DNA of 63,496 bases, filler included, from Octopus bimaculoides (Eukaryota): assembly GCF_001194135.2 (NCBI RefSeq). It is 6 parts of 5 records of this genome, joined end to end, with 100 filler letters (N's around TTAATTAATTAA, not from the genome) between each part and the next. Parts side by side here need not be neighbours in the genome. Positions count along the whole stretch, not along the records: positions 1 to 5,058 come from NW_026407865.1; positions 5,159 to 15,840 come from NC_068986.1; 4 more parts are not named here. One strand, 5' to 3'. The position numbers and the translations under genes were made by a program. Of this stretch, positions 1 through 10,820 are shown in pieces. Every line of letters starts with the position of its first letter. The stretch's first letter is position 1. Below the pieces are notes generated by a model, which was given only the letters and a program-made list of their open reading frames with translations, did no database searches and had not been told where the DNA came from.

Positions 1-310
1 GATAGATAGATAGATAGAGAAAGAGAGAGAGTAGTTTATACCTATCAACATATTTATAAATAAACACATTTTCTCACAGGGGCTGGTGACCTTTGAAGAT
101 GTCAATTTTAGGAAGCAGGATGGGAAAGATAAGAAAAAAGGGGAGGGAGCAGTCATTACTGAAAAATAACAAATCGTTCCAAGTTCAAAGTCCTATGAAA
201 ATGTAGGAACATGTATCGTCAAATTCCATTTTCTGTGTCATTCCATGTTTTGCATGAACAAACATTAAATATTAGTACACATAAATTATAAACTTTATAT
301 ATTAGTATGT

Positions 311-615
311 AGGCGTAGGAGCGGCTGTGTGGTAAGTAGATTGCTTACCAGCCGCGTGGTTTCCGGTTCAGTCCCACTGCGTTGCGCAAGTGTCTTCTAC
401 TAGAGCCTCGGGCCGACCAAAGCCTTGTGGGTGGATTTGGTAGACGGAAACTGAAAGAAGCCCGTCGTGTATATATATATATATACATATATATATGTAT
501 GTATGTATGTGTTTGTGTTTGTCCCCCTAACATCGCTTGACAACCGATGCTGGTCTGTTTACGTCCGCGTAAAGTAGCGGTTCGGCAAAATAGACCGATA
601 GAATAAGTACTAGGC
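311..615 (+). mobile_element. tRNA-derived SINE, family A (octopus-type, Deu/Nin-domain-like body), 3'-truncated
   Basis: Head AGGCGTAGGAGCGGCTGTGTGGTAAG...GGTTCAGTCCCACTGCG, body GGATTTGGTAGACGGAAACTGAAAGAAGCCCGTCG, internal TA/TG microsatellite; homologous to the copy at 616-954. Domain name is recalled. Confidence 0.9.
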
Positions 616-954
616 CTTTAGTCGAGCAAATCAACCCCAGGACTTATTCTTTGTAAGCCTAGTACTTATTCTATCAGTTTCTTTTGCCGAACCGCTAAGT
701 TACGGGGACGTAAACACACCAGCATCGGTTGTCAAGCGATGTTGGCGGGGTACAAACACAGACACACAAACATATACACACGCATACATACACATATATA
801 TACGACGGGCTTCTTTCAGTTTCCGTCAACCAAATTCACTCACAAGGCTTTGGTCAGCCCAGGCTATAGTAGAAGACACTTGCCCAAGGTGCCACGCAGT
901 GTGACTGAACCCGAAACCATGTGGTTGGTAAGCAAGCTACTTACTCCTGCGCCT
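616..954 (-). mobile_element. tRNA-derived SINE, family A, inverted relative to the neighbouring copy
   Basis: Reverse complement reproduces the head and body of 311-615 plus further 3' sequence. Confidence 0.9.
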
Positions 955-1179
955 ATGTAAGTTCTATAAGAACAACAGTTGTCAAAATCCCAGTGTCATG
1001 GGATCATCTATAGAGATGAGTATCATGTTATTAACATTGGAGCCACATTCAGAAACAACAGTAATAGTGTAATATAAATGTTTTCTCTTCATCCATCATC
1101 ATTACTATTAAAAAACAATAATAAAGTGGTAAAATGATCATGAAGAAGCTTCCTTGACAGACACCAAAAACCATCTAGA

Positions 1180-1906
1180 ATAAACTAATGTCGCATTACA
1201 TGGTATGTGAATAATGTTAGAGAGCAGTACGGCGTTCGTTGGAGCATTCATTTGATTTATTTCTCCCTTGTCGTATTAGCTGGGCACAGCGTTTATGTGA
1301 GCTAACCATGTAATGTTCATAGTTTGTTTTATTTGGAGGGGGGTTTCATGCATACTGTCTGTTTTTCTTTCCAATCTTTTTGACAAAATGTATTTTCTCT
1401 TCTTCTCTTTCAAGAATTAAATTTTGGAGAAATATTTTTTGATGAAGTGTAATTCCATCGATTTCGGAACTTTGGGTCATATCTTGGACATTTGTAAAAG
1501 GGAAAGATTTTGAACTTTCCTTCACCGCATATTTCTAGATGTTTGCTCAGTGGAATCTTGCGCAGTCCCTTTTGTTGGATGTGTTGTCTGTGAATTCTTG
1601 CACGTTGGCAGAGGGAATTGTTTGTTTCGCCGATGTAACTTTCCTTACAGTTAGGGTAAATAATGCAGTATATGAGAATATGCGTCTTGCAGTTCATATC
1701 TGCGTTTTCTTTGAACGAAAATCCGCTCTTGAATAATATTATGTGGGAATCACTTTCTAAATATTTAAAGTTGTTGTTGCTGTTGCATGTTCCACATCCG
1801 ATTCGTATAAAGGAACAACGAAACGTTGTGTTTCTAGCATTTTGTTTTTTACTCGACGACTTCGTTAAACGAACGAAAGCGCTAATAAAGAATTATCCAA
1901 AATTCT
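1180..1906 (-). mobile_element. Penelope-like retroelement 3' remnant with GIY-YIG endonuclease
   Basis: ORF 1410-1697 reads LIYCIIYPNCKESYIGET...RARIHRQHI (IY..YIG motif, Arg helix); an upstream GCGTC Cys motif is in degenerate frame; cut by an N gap. Confidence 0.8.
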
Positions 1907-2249
1907 GNNNNNNNNNNNNNNNNNNNNNNNNNNNNNNNNNNNNNNNNNNNNNNNNNNNNNNNNNNNNNNNNNNNNNNNNNNNNNNNNNNNNNNNNNNNNN
2001 NNNNNNNNNNNNNNNNNNNNNNNNNNNNNNNNNNNNNNNNNNNNNNNNNNNNNNNNNNNNNNNNNNNNNNNNNNNNNNNNNNNNNNNNNNNNNNNNNNNN
2101 NNNNNNNNNNNNNNATATATATATATATATATACATACAGCAATATGCGTCCACCTAACTTATCCAGTCACCACTTTTGCCGAAACGCTAAGCTATGAGG
2201 ACGTAAACACATACACAAACTCAAGGCACAACTACTCACACACAACACT

Positions 2250-3996
2250 AAACTAGTAATTAACTAACGTGAGGCTGTGCCTTGAACAATTCGCACTCGT
2301 TAGATATGTGTCACTGCAACGTAGTTCGACGCAAACTTCCGACGAGACTGATTGTATGCAATGCGCTTAGGATCACCCTGAACATGGAGTTCTAAAACGT
2401 ACATTATTGACTTCCCGTACCAATTTTTTTTCTTATTTTAAAAAAGGCAAATAAAAGGATGGAAAACTGCTGGAAAGATGTACTGTGTGTACTCTGAGTT
2501 TGCTTTTAAGGAAGATGTGTGCCAGAATTTTTCTAATATTTCGACCGGGAACACATTCGATTTAATCGCTTCTCAATTTGGCGGGCCAGTTGAGACTAAA
2601 AGCGACACCAACCCACGTTATACGACCAGGATGATCCAGTTGTTTCCCAAATATCCAAATCGAGTGCTCAAAAGCATCTACATTAATTTAATTACGCCAG
2701 CAACCTCGATATTTAAGTTTCACATCAACTGAATGATGTTAACCTCGCCCAATGATTTGTTGCAGAAACGTGAAGAGAAGAAAGTCTGAGAAGAGACGAA
2801 ACTTTGATCGTCCAGTAACAATATCAATTGCAAACGATCGTGGGAAAGCGCGGCGAACAACCACCTCCAAGGCTGGAATTCACATGAAGATGGTAATGCT
2901 TTCAATTTGGTAGGATAGAAAAGATGTCTTTTACGAGTATCTTCCAACGGACAGTACCACGAATTCGGATGTCCTGTGACCAGCTAAATAAATTCAAAGC
3001 GGTGATTCAACAGTAGCGTCCATCACTTGCTATTCGTTAGAACGTTGTCTTTCATCGTTGTTGCTGTTGTTGTTGTTGTTGTTGTTGTTGGCACTCCGTC
3101 GCTTACAACGTCGAGGGCTCCAGTTGATCCAATCAACGGAACAGCCTGCTCGTGAAATTAACGTGCAAGTGGCTGAGCACTCCACAGACACGTGTACCCT
3201 TAACGTAGTTCTCGGGGATATTCAGCGTGACACAGTGTGACAAGGCTGACCCTTTGAATTACAGGCACAACAGAAACAGGAAGTAAAGATTGAGAGAAAG
3301 GTGTGGTGAAAGAGTANNNNNNNNNNCAGACACGTGTACCCTTAACGTAGTTCTCGGGGATATTCAGCGTGACACAGAGTGTGACAAGGCTGACCCTTTG
3401 AATTACAGGCACAACAGAAACAGGAAGTAAAGATTGAGAGAAAGGTGTGGTGAAAGAGTACAGCACGGTTCGCCACCATCCCCTGACGGAGCCTCGTGGA
3501 GCTTTAGGTGTTTTCGCTCAATAAACACTCACAACGCCTGGTCTGAGAATCGAAACCACGATCCTATGGCCGCGAGTCCGCTGCCCTAACCACTAGGCCA
3601 TTGCGCCTCCTGAGTCTTTCATCACAGCATTACTAAACGCCACACTCTTTTGCAGACACTACAGAAGGTACCGGAGCTTGACCAGGAAGTTTTGCCCTAC
3701 AATGCATAGACACCAAAACACGCGCCTGGGGATTTCCACCTGTTTCGGTTTCTTCAAAATTCGTTAAATTGACGGGCATTTAACACAGAAGAGGATGCAA
3801 AAATTCATATAGAAGAGTTTTTCTCCGGTAAAGACAGGAAATTTGCTGAGCAGAAAATAGAGGATCTCCACACAACATGGCAGAAGATAATGGAACCAAA
3901 TGGTAATCGTAACATTGACTAATTAAATCACTTTTTGTTTAAAACTTTCCATATATTCGCATAAAAACCCGAACGGACTTTTAGCCGATCCAGTAT
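2250..3996 (+). mobile_element. Decayed mariner (Tc1/mariner) transposon interrupted by a SINE
   Basis: HTH-like VYSEFAFKEDVCQ, KAGIHMKMVMLSIW, VVFH and APGDFHLFRFLQNSLN across stops and frameshifts; right TIR-like AAACCCGAACGGACTTTTAGCCGATCCAGTA-TA. Left end is uncertain. Confidence 0.85.
3057..3613 (-). mobile_element. tRNA-derived SINE, family B, (CAA)n tail, 10-bp TSD
   Basis: A/B-box-like head on minus strand; GTCTTTCATC at 3047-3056 and 3614-3623; internal ~130-bp duplication across a 10-N gap. Confidence 0.9.
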
Positions 3997-4117
3997 AGCT
4001 CTATCTGTGCGTATGTATATGTAGATGAAAATACATAAATACATACATACATACTTACTTACACACACACACACACACACACATATAGATATAGATACAT
4101 ATATATATGGAAGTAAG

Positions 4118-4506
4118 TGTTGTGTGTGTTGGCACTCCGTCGCTTACGACGACGAGGGTTCCAGTTGATCCGATCAACGGAACAGCCTGCTCGTGAAATT
4201 AACGTGCAAGTGGCTGAGCACTCCACAGACACGTGTACCCTTAACGTAGTTCTCGGGGATATTCAGCGTGACACAGTGTGACAAGGCTTACCCTTTGAAT
4301 TACAGGCACAACAGAAACAGGAAGTAAGAGTGAGAGAAAGTTGTGGTTGAAGAGTACAGCAGGGTTCGCCACCATCCCCTGCCGGAGCCTCGTGGAGCTT
4401 TAGGTGTTTTCGCTCAATAAACACTCACAACGCCCGGTCTGGGAATCGAAACCGCGATCCTATGACCGCGAGTCCGCTGCCCTAACCACTGGGCCATTGC
4501 GTCTCC
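4118..4506 (-). mobile_element. tRNA-derived SINE, family B
   Basis: Near-identical to 3057-3613; minus strand has A box TGGCCCAGTGG and B box GGTTTCGATTCC. Confidence 0.9.
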
Positions 4507-4582
4507 ACCTGGATGTAAGTATATATGTATATATACACACACACACATGCATACATACATAGACGCAATTGCACGCACACAT

Positions 4583-4624
<42 letters not shown>

Positions 4625-4780
4625 CAAATGGCCTTAAATAATGTTGTATGGATCTTAGACAGAGATCATCATTTATAGTCAAATTGTATACCACTTCTTG
4701 TATATTCCATACTCTAATTAATACTGACTACATTGACTGTTTTTAGCTCATATTCATATCAACACACATATTGGGCGTTG

Positions 4781-4815
<35 letters not shown>

Positions 4816-5102
4816 GGGTGTGTGTGTGTATAGAGACAGACAGTGATAGATCAATAGTTAAGTAGATTGACAAATAGATAGATAAATAGATAGATAAATA
4901 GATAGAGAGAAAGATAGATAGATAGATAGATAATATATGTATATATAGTTTGTATGTATATAGAGAAATAAATTAAAGATTCATAGGAAGACAAAAGACA
5001 TAGATAGATAGAAAGACAGATACATTTCTTTTATTAGCCACACAGGGCTCAACGAAGANNNNNNNNNNNNNNNNNNNNNNNNNNNNNNNNNNNNNNNNNN
5101 NN

Positions 5103-5114
5103 TTAATTAATTAA
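5103..5114. other. Artificial gap linker TTAATTAATTAA
   Basis: Palindromic 12-mer with stops in all six frames, 44 N on each side (100 bp total). Confidence 0.95.
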
Positions 5115-6045
5115 NNNNNNNNNNNNNNNNNNNNNNNNNNNNNNNNNNNNNNNNNNNNTGTGTGTGTGTGTGTGTGTGTCCTCTTCATGTATAATATCTA
5201 TAATAATTGATTCATTTGTGTGCATGTATGGACATTTGTGTATGTACATTTAAATGTACATATATGTATTTATGTATTTATGTTTATTTATGTATATCTA
5301 TGTATATGTTAAATTATGCATATATATGTGGGTTTTTACGGTTTTTATATTTTTTATATTTGTATATTTGTAATTTGACCTTATGAACTTTATAAGACAT
5401 TATCCCATTCTCTGTCACTATATGTAATTTTTTAAATTAATGATATGACATAATATGTCACAGGTGTTTGTATATTATTAATATTGTCCTTTTAGTAAAC
5501 AAATAGACAAGTAAATTGACACAATACAATGTCTGCAAGTTGATGAATACCACCTATTCCCCTCCATTTTCAATTGGTATATATATATATATATATATAT
5601 ATATNNNNNNNNNNNNNNNNNNNNNNNNNNNNNNNNNNNNNNNNNNNNNNNNNNNNNNNNNNNNNNNNNNNNNNNNNNNNNNNNNNNNNNNNNNNNNNNN
5701 NNNNNNNNNNNNNNNNNNNNNNNNNNNNNNNNNNNNNNNNNNNNNNNNNNNNNNNNNNNNNNNNNNNNNNNNNNNNNNNNNNNNNNNNNNNNNNNNNNNN
5801 NNNNNNNNNNNNNNNNNNNNNNNNNNNNNNNNNNNNNNNNNNNNNNNNNNNNNNNNNNNNNNNNNNNNNNNNNNNNNNNNNNNNNNNNNNNNNNNNNNNN
5901 NNNNNNNNNNNNNNNNNNNNNNNNNNNNNNNNNNNNNNNNNNNNNNNNNNNNNNNNNNNNNNNNNNNNNNNNNNNNNNNNNNNNNNNNNNNNNNNNNNNN
6001 NNNNNNNNNNNNNNNNNNNNNNNNNNNNNNNNNNNNNNNNNNNNN

Positions 6046-6620
6046 CATATCGTCTATGTGTCTGTATGCGTAGCAGTGGGTCGCCTAACACTTGGAGGCG
6101 ATGAAATAGAAGTGACTATGAATTTAGACACGGAGAGTAGAATCGCATGACGGGTAAGAACTTGGTGACAATCATTCAACTCGGTTAAGGATGTGCTAGA
6201 CAGGGCAACTTGCGCCAACCTTTTCAAAAGCACATTCTTGCCTTCAATGTTATACGCATGTGAGTCTTGCTCCTTGACGAAGAGAAGACAACATCTGCTT
6301 ACAGCGTAGAGAGCTATGGAAAAGTATATATTTGGCTTCTCGCTAAGAGGTCACATTTGGTACTAGGAGATCGGGGACAGAACTTCAGTGAAGTAAGTTG
6401 TTGCAAAATATCACCGCACAAAGCTACGATGGTGGACGCGTACAACTGTCGAGTGATACCCGCACGATAGGAAGCCTCCAATCGGAAGACGTCCAAACAG
6501 GTGAGAAGATGATGAAAAAAAGATGTTTGGTACAACGTGGAGGAGAATGACGAGAGAACGAGGGGAATGGAGTGAATGCTGCGGCGAGGGAAGCCGACAC
6601 AGCATGAGAAATTCTGGCCT
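6046..6620 (+). mobile_element. RTE-clade LINE 3' fragment, decayed
   Basis: Degenerate frame FNSVKDVL...ANLFKSTFLPSMLYACES...RAMEK...RGHI...YPHDRKPPIGRRPNR matches the post-RT region of RTE elements. Confidence 0.75.
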
Positions 6621-6710
6621 ATAGAGTTGATCCAGGTGAAGCAAACATAATATATTTTATCTATTAATCCCAAACATGCGTAACCAACTGAGTCTTTGGA
6701 TATTATGCAA

Positions 6711-6918
6711 TTATCTCTTATTTGATCTAGCCCAAGGTCTTCTGCAAATTGTTGGCTTAAAGCATATGTCCCCCAAATCTTTCCCATGTCGTTCTAACCG
6801 TATATCCAAAGTACTAGTGCTATGCTGACGCTTATTGCAAAATTGCTGCTTGACCTGGAGATATTCCTTGTTTAAATTGCCTTAATCTAATTAAAGTAAA
6901 AAGAAATAGTTGGGCAAC
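6711..6918 (-). CDS. Possible terminal exon(s) of the Cys-rich secreted protein gene (alternative acceptors at 6918 or 6880)
   Basis: CAG acceptor at 6918 gives (C)CPTISFYFN*; AAG acceptor at 6880 gives (C)NLNKEYLQVKQQFCNKR...SNKR*. Both fit the phase-1 end of exon 7380-7502; neither is proven. Confidence 0.25.
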
Positions 6919-7379
6919 CTGATATTAAAGTAATAATATATTTTGGGGTTTATTTTCATCGTATAGTAATCCATTTTAAACCTAAATTTTAATTGAATGT
7001 TAAACATTTTCCATCATTGGACGATTTCCACCAGCAACTGTTTTGTATCAGTAGCTTTCGCCAATTTTGAACAGAACATATTAGTGCAGTATGAGTGTTC
7101 CTAAACCACCATCATTCCATCAGCGGCTTTGCACAGTTATAAATTCTGAAAAACAACTTTGTGGAAAGGTTTCTACATCTTTTCTCCTCATAGTCACTTT
7201 ATCGACTTACATCCATCATTAATTCTCTCTATATGTTAGAAAAGTTTACGAAACAAAATTAATATATTTTCACTAATAAATGTAGAAAATGTAAGTATTA
7301 ACACATAAAAAAATATTAATTAATTTATCTCATATGCAAAATGAGAAGAAGTATATATCAGTTACTATTTATTACTTAC

Positions 7380-7502
7380 AGGTTTTCATCATTTTCGTTA
7401 CTGTGTTGAAACATGTTACCACGTTGCAATCATCTAATGTATGTAAATGCTTATTCTTCTCGTCGCAAAAACAACTTGAATGATAGTAACATACTGGACA
7501 AC
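7380..7502 (-). CDS. Candidate exon, unrecognised 6-cysteine domain
   Basis: Acceptor aatttctttaacag, donor CCT|gtaagt, 123 nt, phase 1-1. Only one frame is open: (G)CPVCYYHSSCFCDEKNKHLHTLDDCNVVTCFNTVTKMMKT. Confidence 0.6.
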
Positions 7503-8278
7503 CTGTTAAAGAAATTCATTTATAACATTTAAAAAGACAGGTTAGTTTCCATTTTTACGACATGGCTCAGTGGTTTAGCATATGTGGTTTAGTATAAATT
7601 CTGCTTGATTTAAATTCCTTCAATTATGATATATGATTGCTAGGTCTTAGTAAGTTTCGTAATCGTATGAATGACGAAAGCGCTCATGTGCAGAGGCCAA
7701 TGCAGCAGTGAATATTGACCCCGAGTTGTCTGTTGCTAACCAAGAGATCGATAAGAAGCTGAAGCAACTTTGAGCATTAAGGGTGCCGGATGATTAGCGA
7801 ACGACATCTAGAAAATTTCCAGTCAAATATAGATGTAATTAGAATTTAGTAAACAAATATTTCCCTTTAAATTTTTCGACTACCTCAATATCATCCGAGT
7901 GAATTTTTATTTTATTTTCCTCTCAATTTCGCTTAGTATTTTCATTCATTTTCTTTAAATATTTCTCATTAGAACGTGTTATTTACACAAAAGAATGAAG
8001 GTTTAAGTTTTAATGAAGATTTATACTTCGTAATTTTGTTATACGACTTTAGATGATGGGGATCGATAAGTTAACAACTTTTGCTTGAAAGGTCCAATGA
8101 TATAGGACGTTTACCGACCTGTAACTAAGAGGAGTGAAAGTTTTCATGCATATCACAAGTTAATTTGCATGCTGCATGGAAAGAAGACATGGAGGCTTTT
8201 AATGGCAGGTATATCAGAATCTTATACACTCATCAATTTCAATGCAGTAGATGAAGACGTAAGAATATTCAGTCTTAC

Positions 8279-8348
8279 CATATGGAGCATTCGTAACACT
8301 GTTGAGAAGATTTAAAAGGAGGAATAAAGTCATCGGAAATGCATACAT
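8279..8348 (-). CDS. Candidate exon encoding a signal peptide
   Basis: Acceptor ttttaattgtttctttactaacag with branch-like ACTAAC, donor ATG|gtaaga, 70 nt: MYAFPMTLFLLLNLLNSVTNAPY(G), in frame with 7380-7502. Confidence 0.6.
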
Positions 8349-9489
8349 CTGTTAGTAAAGAAACAATTAAAATATCTCATTATATTCCGTATTTCTTTAA
8401 GATTGTTGCTACACTAATTCCTTTGAAAATTCGATCATTTAGGCAATATTAACATTTAGTAATCGACTCGATTATTACGAATAAAATAGAGAAGTATGTC
8501 ACAGTGGTCTACCCGGAATACCGGAGTATTATGTTGATGGTGAGGGAAGTTATAGCGATGTGCATGATATATAGAAGCACGTAAAATACTTTGTTTAGAA
8601 TCGCGTGTTCCAGAATAAAGAACAGAATGTCAACTTTGCTTAATAATTAATATTAAATCCTGTATAACCAATGACAATATTCCCAAAATTGAAATGGAAT
8701 CTTGGAGACATATTTGCGAAAGAGATTTGACATGAAACAGCGTGATGAATTTAAATCAACATGACCTGGAAGCCACATATTAGCCATTCCAAAGACACAA
8801 TAAAACTCTTAACTTTAATAAATCATTTATTATCTGTGTCAAAGTTTTCATCGCATTAATGGCGACCTGCACACTCACGCAATCCGATTGGTTCAAAAGT
8901 TAACAATTCACTGTAGACTACGTAATTTAAATAATACAATACCTTCGATTTTATATAACAAAATCAGTCTGGTACAAGCCATTGAAAAAGATAACTGAAT
9001 CCTTGATGCAAACAATAATGATAATCCTTTCTTGTAAACGTACAACTGAAGAAACTTAAGAAAAGGCGCAACTGGATCGTATCGATCCCAGCATTCAGAT
9101 GCTGCTTATTTTTCGACAATGTAATTTCTTCGAAATGTAATGAAATTTTAATGTTTCATTGAAAATAAGTGTAGCACAAGACAGCCGACCATATATACAA
9201 TAAATGAATTCATAAAATGCAACAAAACATAATGTAACTCTCCAGACAAGGAAGAAAATTACATTTCAAGAAAAAGAAATTAAAAACACAGATTACAGTA
9301 GAAAGTTAAAAATAGGAAGTGTCTAAAAGAAACATGAAAACGTATTACTTTGAAGCCTGGTATATATGCTTTCCATCCGTTTGACCGAACCACCATGTTG
9401 AGTGGTCCTGATGAAACCTACACCAGTTGCAAATGGTGGTGCCGCGGGTGCAAAGACTGACATAAGTACAAACGTACGCCTCCCCCACC

Positions 9490-9690
9490 GTTTATATATA
9501 TATAGGGAGAATTCACAAAAAAAAAACAAAAGACGAAGATAGGTGGTGTAGAAAACAAACAGATGTATTAGTATAACTTTCGAGAATTGAAAAAGTCTTT
9601 AACGTTTCGAGCCTTCGCTCTTCTACAGAAAGGAACACAGAAAGAAACAAGAAGAGAAAAAAATGTGTGTAGTGGTTAGCGATCTATATA
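9490..9690 (-). mobile_element. Penelope-type pseudo-LTR-like repeat fragment
   Basis: Same layout as 54330-54540 (purine-rich tracts around a hammerhead-like core), bounded by TA microsatellite. Confidence 0.5.
9597..9632 (-). ncRNA. Minimal hammerhead-ribozyme-like motif (A6U variant)
   Basis: CTTT-CTGTAGA-A-GAGC gaag GCTC-GAAA-CGT-T-AAAG: stems I and II pair, palindromic AACGTT stem III. Confidence 0.45.
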
Positions 9691-9699
9691 TACATAAAA

Positions 9700-9830
9700 T
9701 GGGTTCTCTTTATAGTTTCCGTCTACAAAAGTCATTTATAACGCATTGCTTGGCCCGTGGGTTTAGTCGAAGTTTCTTGCAATGGGACCGAGCCTGAAAC
9801 AAAATGATTCCAAATCAATGCCTGCGCCTA
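9700..9830 (-). mobile_element. Old SINE family A fragment
   Basis: AGTTTCCGTCTAC...CCTGCGCCTATG matches the reverse complement of the family A head and body. Confidence 0.7.
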
Positions 9831-10249
9831 TGTTCGTCATTGTGCTACACTAAATAATCATTGAAACATTAAATGGTTTACACATTTGGTGAACAGGATG
9901 AATTTAATATCCTTCATGGTATCACGGGGAAACTATGATATCCATATTTTCTGGAAGGATACCAAATTCATGAATCGTCAGAAAATTATTTTGCCTTACA
10001 TCAGAGGCTTGCTCGAAGTGTACTCATACTTACTTAACTTTTTCTCGCAGACACAAGAGTTATACTTTTATTCTTTTACATATTTTGATACATCGGATGT
10101 GTTTACGGAGGAAAATTCAAGAAAAGTATGGAAAGCTTCACGAATATGTGTAACATTCTTACGCAGAGGTCATGATAATTTTTTGTACAGCATTTGAATT
10201 TTAGCATAGGCACTGCCAATTTAAATACACAAATTAATTTTTAAAATGG

Positions 10250-10445
10250 CAAAGTGAAAGTCGTTAGGAGCCGAACAAAATGCTTGGCAACATTTCTCCC
10301 GTCAGTTCTAATTCCATCGCAGTCGTCTTCGCCTTTCGTCCTTTCGCAGTAAATAAAAGAAATACCAGTTTATCACTGGGTTACTGTAATCGACTCTCAA
10401 ATTTCTCAAAGGCTTATTAGTTTTGCACCTTCGTTGTGAAAACAG
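10250..10445 (+). mobile_element. Old SINE family C copy
   Basis: Degenerate GCCTTTCGTCCTTTCG...ACCAG...CACTGGG...AATCGACT body shared with the family C copies. Confidence 0.65.
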
Positions 10446-10766
10446 AAAACTGCCAATGTTCATCACGTTAGATAAATATCCTGAGCTTTGTCGTACTTTT
10501 GTATGGCACTTAAGGTCTTTTTAGCATCGGTTATGTAAAGTTGATCATATACTGGGCGAAAATTGTAAAATGTACATAGAAGAGAGCTAATATTATATGC
10601 TATTTTTTATTCATTTAATGCAATAACAATTGACATATGTCAATCTGAACGTTACATGGTTAACTTTATAAACAGCTACATTTACAATTACAAAAAATGT
10701 TACAATTGCAGTTACGCATATGAATATATTCAAACACATATATAAACATGTATAAAGATAAACTGA

Positions 10767-10820
<54 letters not shown>

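Noticed and set aside
4430-4506. tRNA-like sequence with A and B boxes
   Set aside because: It is the head of SINE family B, continuous with the SINE body and repeated at 3540-3613; not a tRNA gene.
6314-6787. 157-aa minus-strand ORF
   Set aside because: Mostly antisense to the RTE fragment; no recognisable domain.
9886-10197. 103-aa plus-strand ORF with an internal 75-nt exon-like segment
   Set aside because: No motif or partner exon; shows how easily AT-rich DNA yields chance splice pairs.
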